A stretch of DNA of 64,000 bases, from the NCBI RefSeq assembly GCF_009914755.1, contig NC_060927.1; one strand, 5' to 3'. The stretch is from the human T2T-CHM13v2.0 reference genome, Homo sapiens. The notes beneath the pieces are model-generated. The model did not search any database, was not told the DNA's origin, and saw only the letters and a list, made by a program, of their open reading frames with translations. The translations under genes and the position numbers were made by a program. Below, piece by piece: positions 62,615 to 64,000 of the stretch; positions within the stretch are counted from its first letter, which is position 1, and every line of letters starts with the position of its first letter.

Positions 62615-63322
62615 ACCTCCGATTTGGCAATGAATTTTAGATACAACACAAAAGCACAATCCACAAAAGAAAAAATTGTTAAGCTGGACTTCCTTAACAG
62701 TAAAAACTTATAACTAATCGTAGTGGCTCATGCCTGTAATCCCAGCACTTGATCTCTCAGAAGCAAGAGGATCACTTGAGACTAGGAGTTCGGCACCAGC
62801 CTCGCCAACATAACAAGATCCAATCTCTACCAAAAAAACAAAAACAAGCAAACAAAAAACTCTTATCCTCTGCAAAAGAGTATGAAAACACAAGCCACAG
62901 ACCAGGAGAAAATATTTGCTGAGCACCTCTCTGATAAAGGATTTGTATTTAAAATATACATAGAACTCACAAAATTTAATAAGATATGAAACAACCCAAT
63001 ATAAAAATGGGCAAAAGAAACGAACAGATACATCAACAAAGAAGACACACAGATGAAAAAAAAACTATGAAAAGATGCTCTACATCATATGTCATTAAGG
63101 AACTGCAAATTAAAACAGTGAGATACCACTACATACCTATTAGAATGGCCAAAATAACCTACGGCCATGCCACCCTGAACATTCCCCATCTTGCCTAGAA
63201 TGGCCAAAATCCAAAGCACTGACAACACCAAATCCTGGAAAGGATGGGAAACGGCAGGAACTCTTATTTATTGCTAGTGGAGACACAAAATAGTATAGCC
63301 ACTTTGGAAGACAGTTTGATGG
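62615..63322 (+). mobile_element. L1M ORF2 3' fragment interrupted by an Alu monomer and a 5S fragment
   Basis: Degenerate L1 ORF2 C-terminal sequence (MKRCSTS...ELQIKTVRYHYIPIRMAKI in ORF 62986..63198). Confidence 0.8.
63157..63196 (+). pseudogene. 3'-truncated (tailless) 5S rRNA retropseudogene
   Basis: acctacggccatgccaccctgaacattccccatcttgcct matches the first 40 nt of 5S rRNA (GTCTACGGCCATACCACCCTGAACGCGCCCGATCTCGTCT) at about 31/40. Flanked by a 15-bp TSD tagaatggccaaaat (63141-63155, 63196-63210). Confidence 0.85.
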
Positions 63323-63324
63323 CT

Positions 63325-63929
<605 letters not shown>

Positions 63930-64000
63930 ACAGTTTCTTAACAGATGGAAAAATGAATCCACACAAAGGGAAAAAGAGCATCAAAAATGGCATTGGGGCC

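Overview
Human genomic DNA (Alu-dense, with a human-specific AluYb8) containing the complete + strand SEC62 gene, which encodes an ER translocon subunit and ER-phagy receptor. I rebuilt the CDS by hand from GT-AG junctions: 19109-19144, 27895-28003, 29233-29338, 34994-35198, 35448-35540, 38092-38152, 40527-40646 and 45291-45760. That totals 1200 nt (399 aa plus stop), MAERRRHKKRIQ...SSHEKS. A CpG-island promoter lies at about 18950-19600 and a multi-kb 3' UTR carries several poly(A) signals. The flanks (1-18.9 kb, 51-64 kb) are mostly Alu, L1, L2, MIR, LTR and DNA-transposon fossils, and most short ORFs in the supplied track are repeat-derived or random. I see no evidence of a new multi-gene system. 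The best leads are: (1) exons 3-7 form a 585-nt phase-symmetric, stop-free unit flanked by inverted Alus, so a circRNA would be an endless ORF; (2) cryptic NMD-inducing acceptors ahead of a weak AAG acceptor at exon 4; (3) a promoter motif cluster (D-box, UPRE, BANP/CGCG, TISU/YY1, G4); (4) a fused inverted-Alu hairpin in intron 7; (5) a tailless 5S rRNA retropseudogene; (6) minus-strand splice signals suggesting divergent and antisense transcripts. Repeat subfamily calls come from remembered consensus sequences and their boundaries are approximate.
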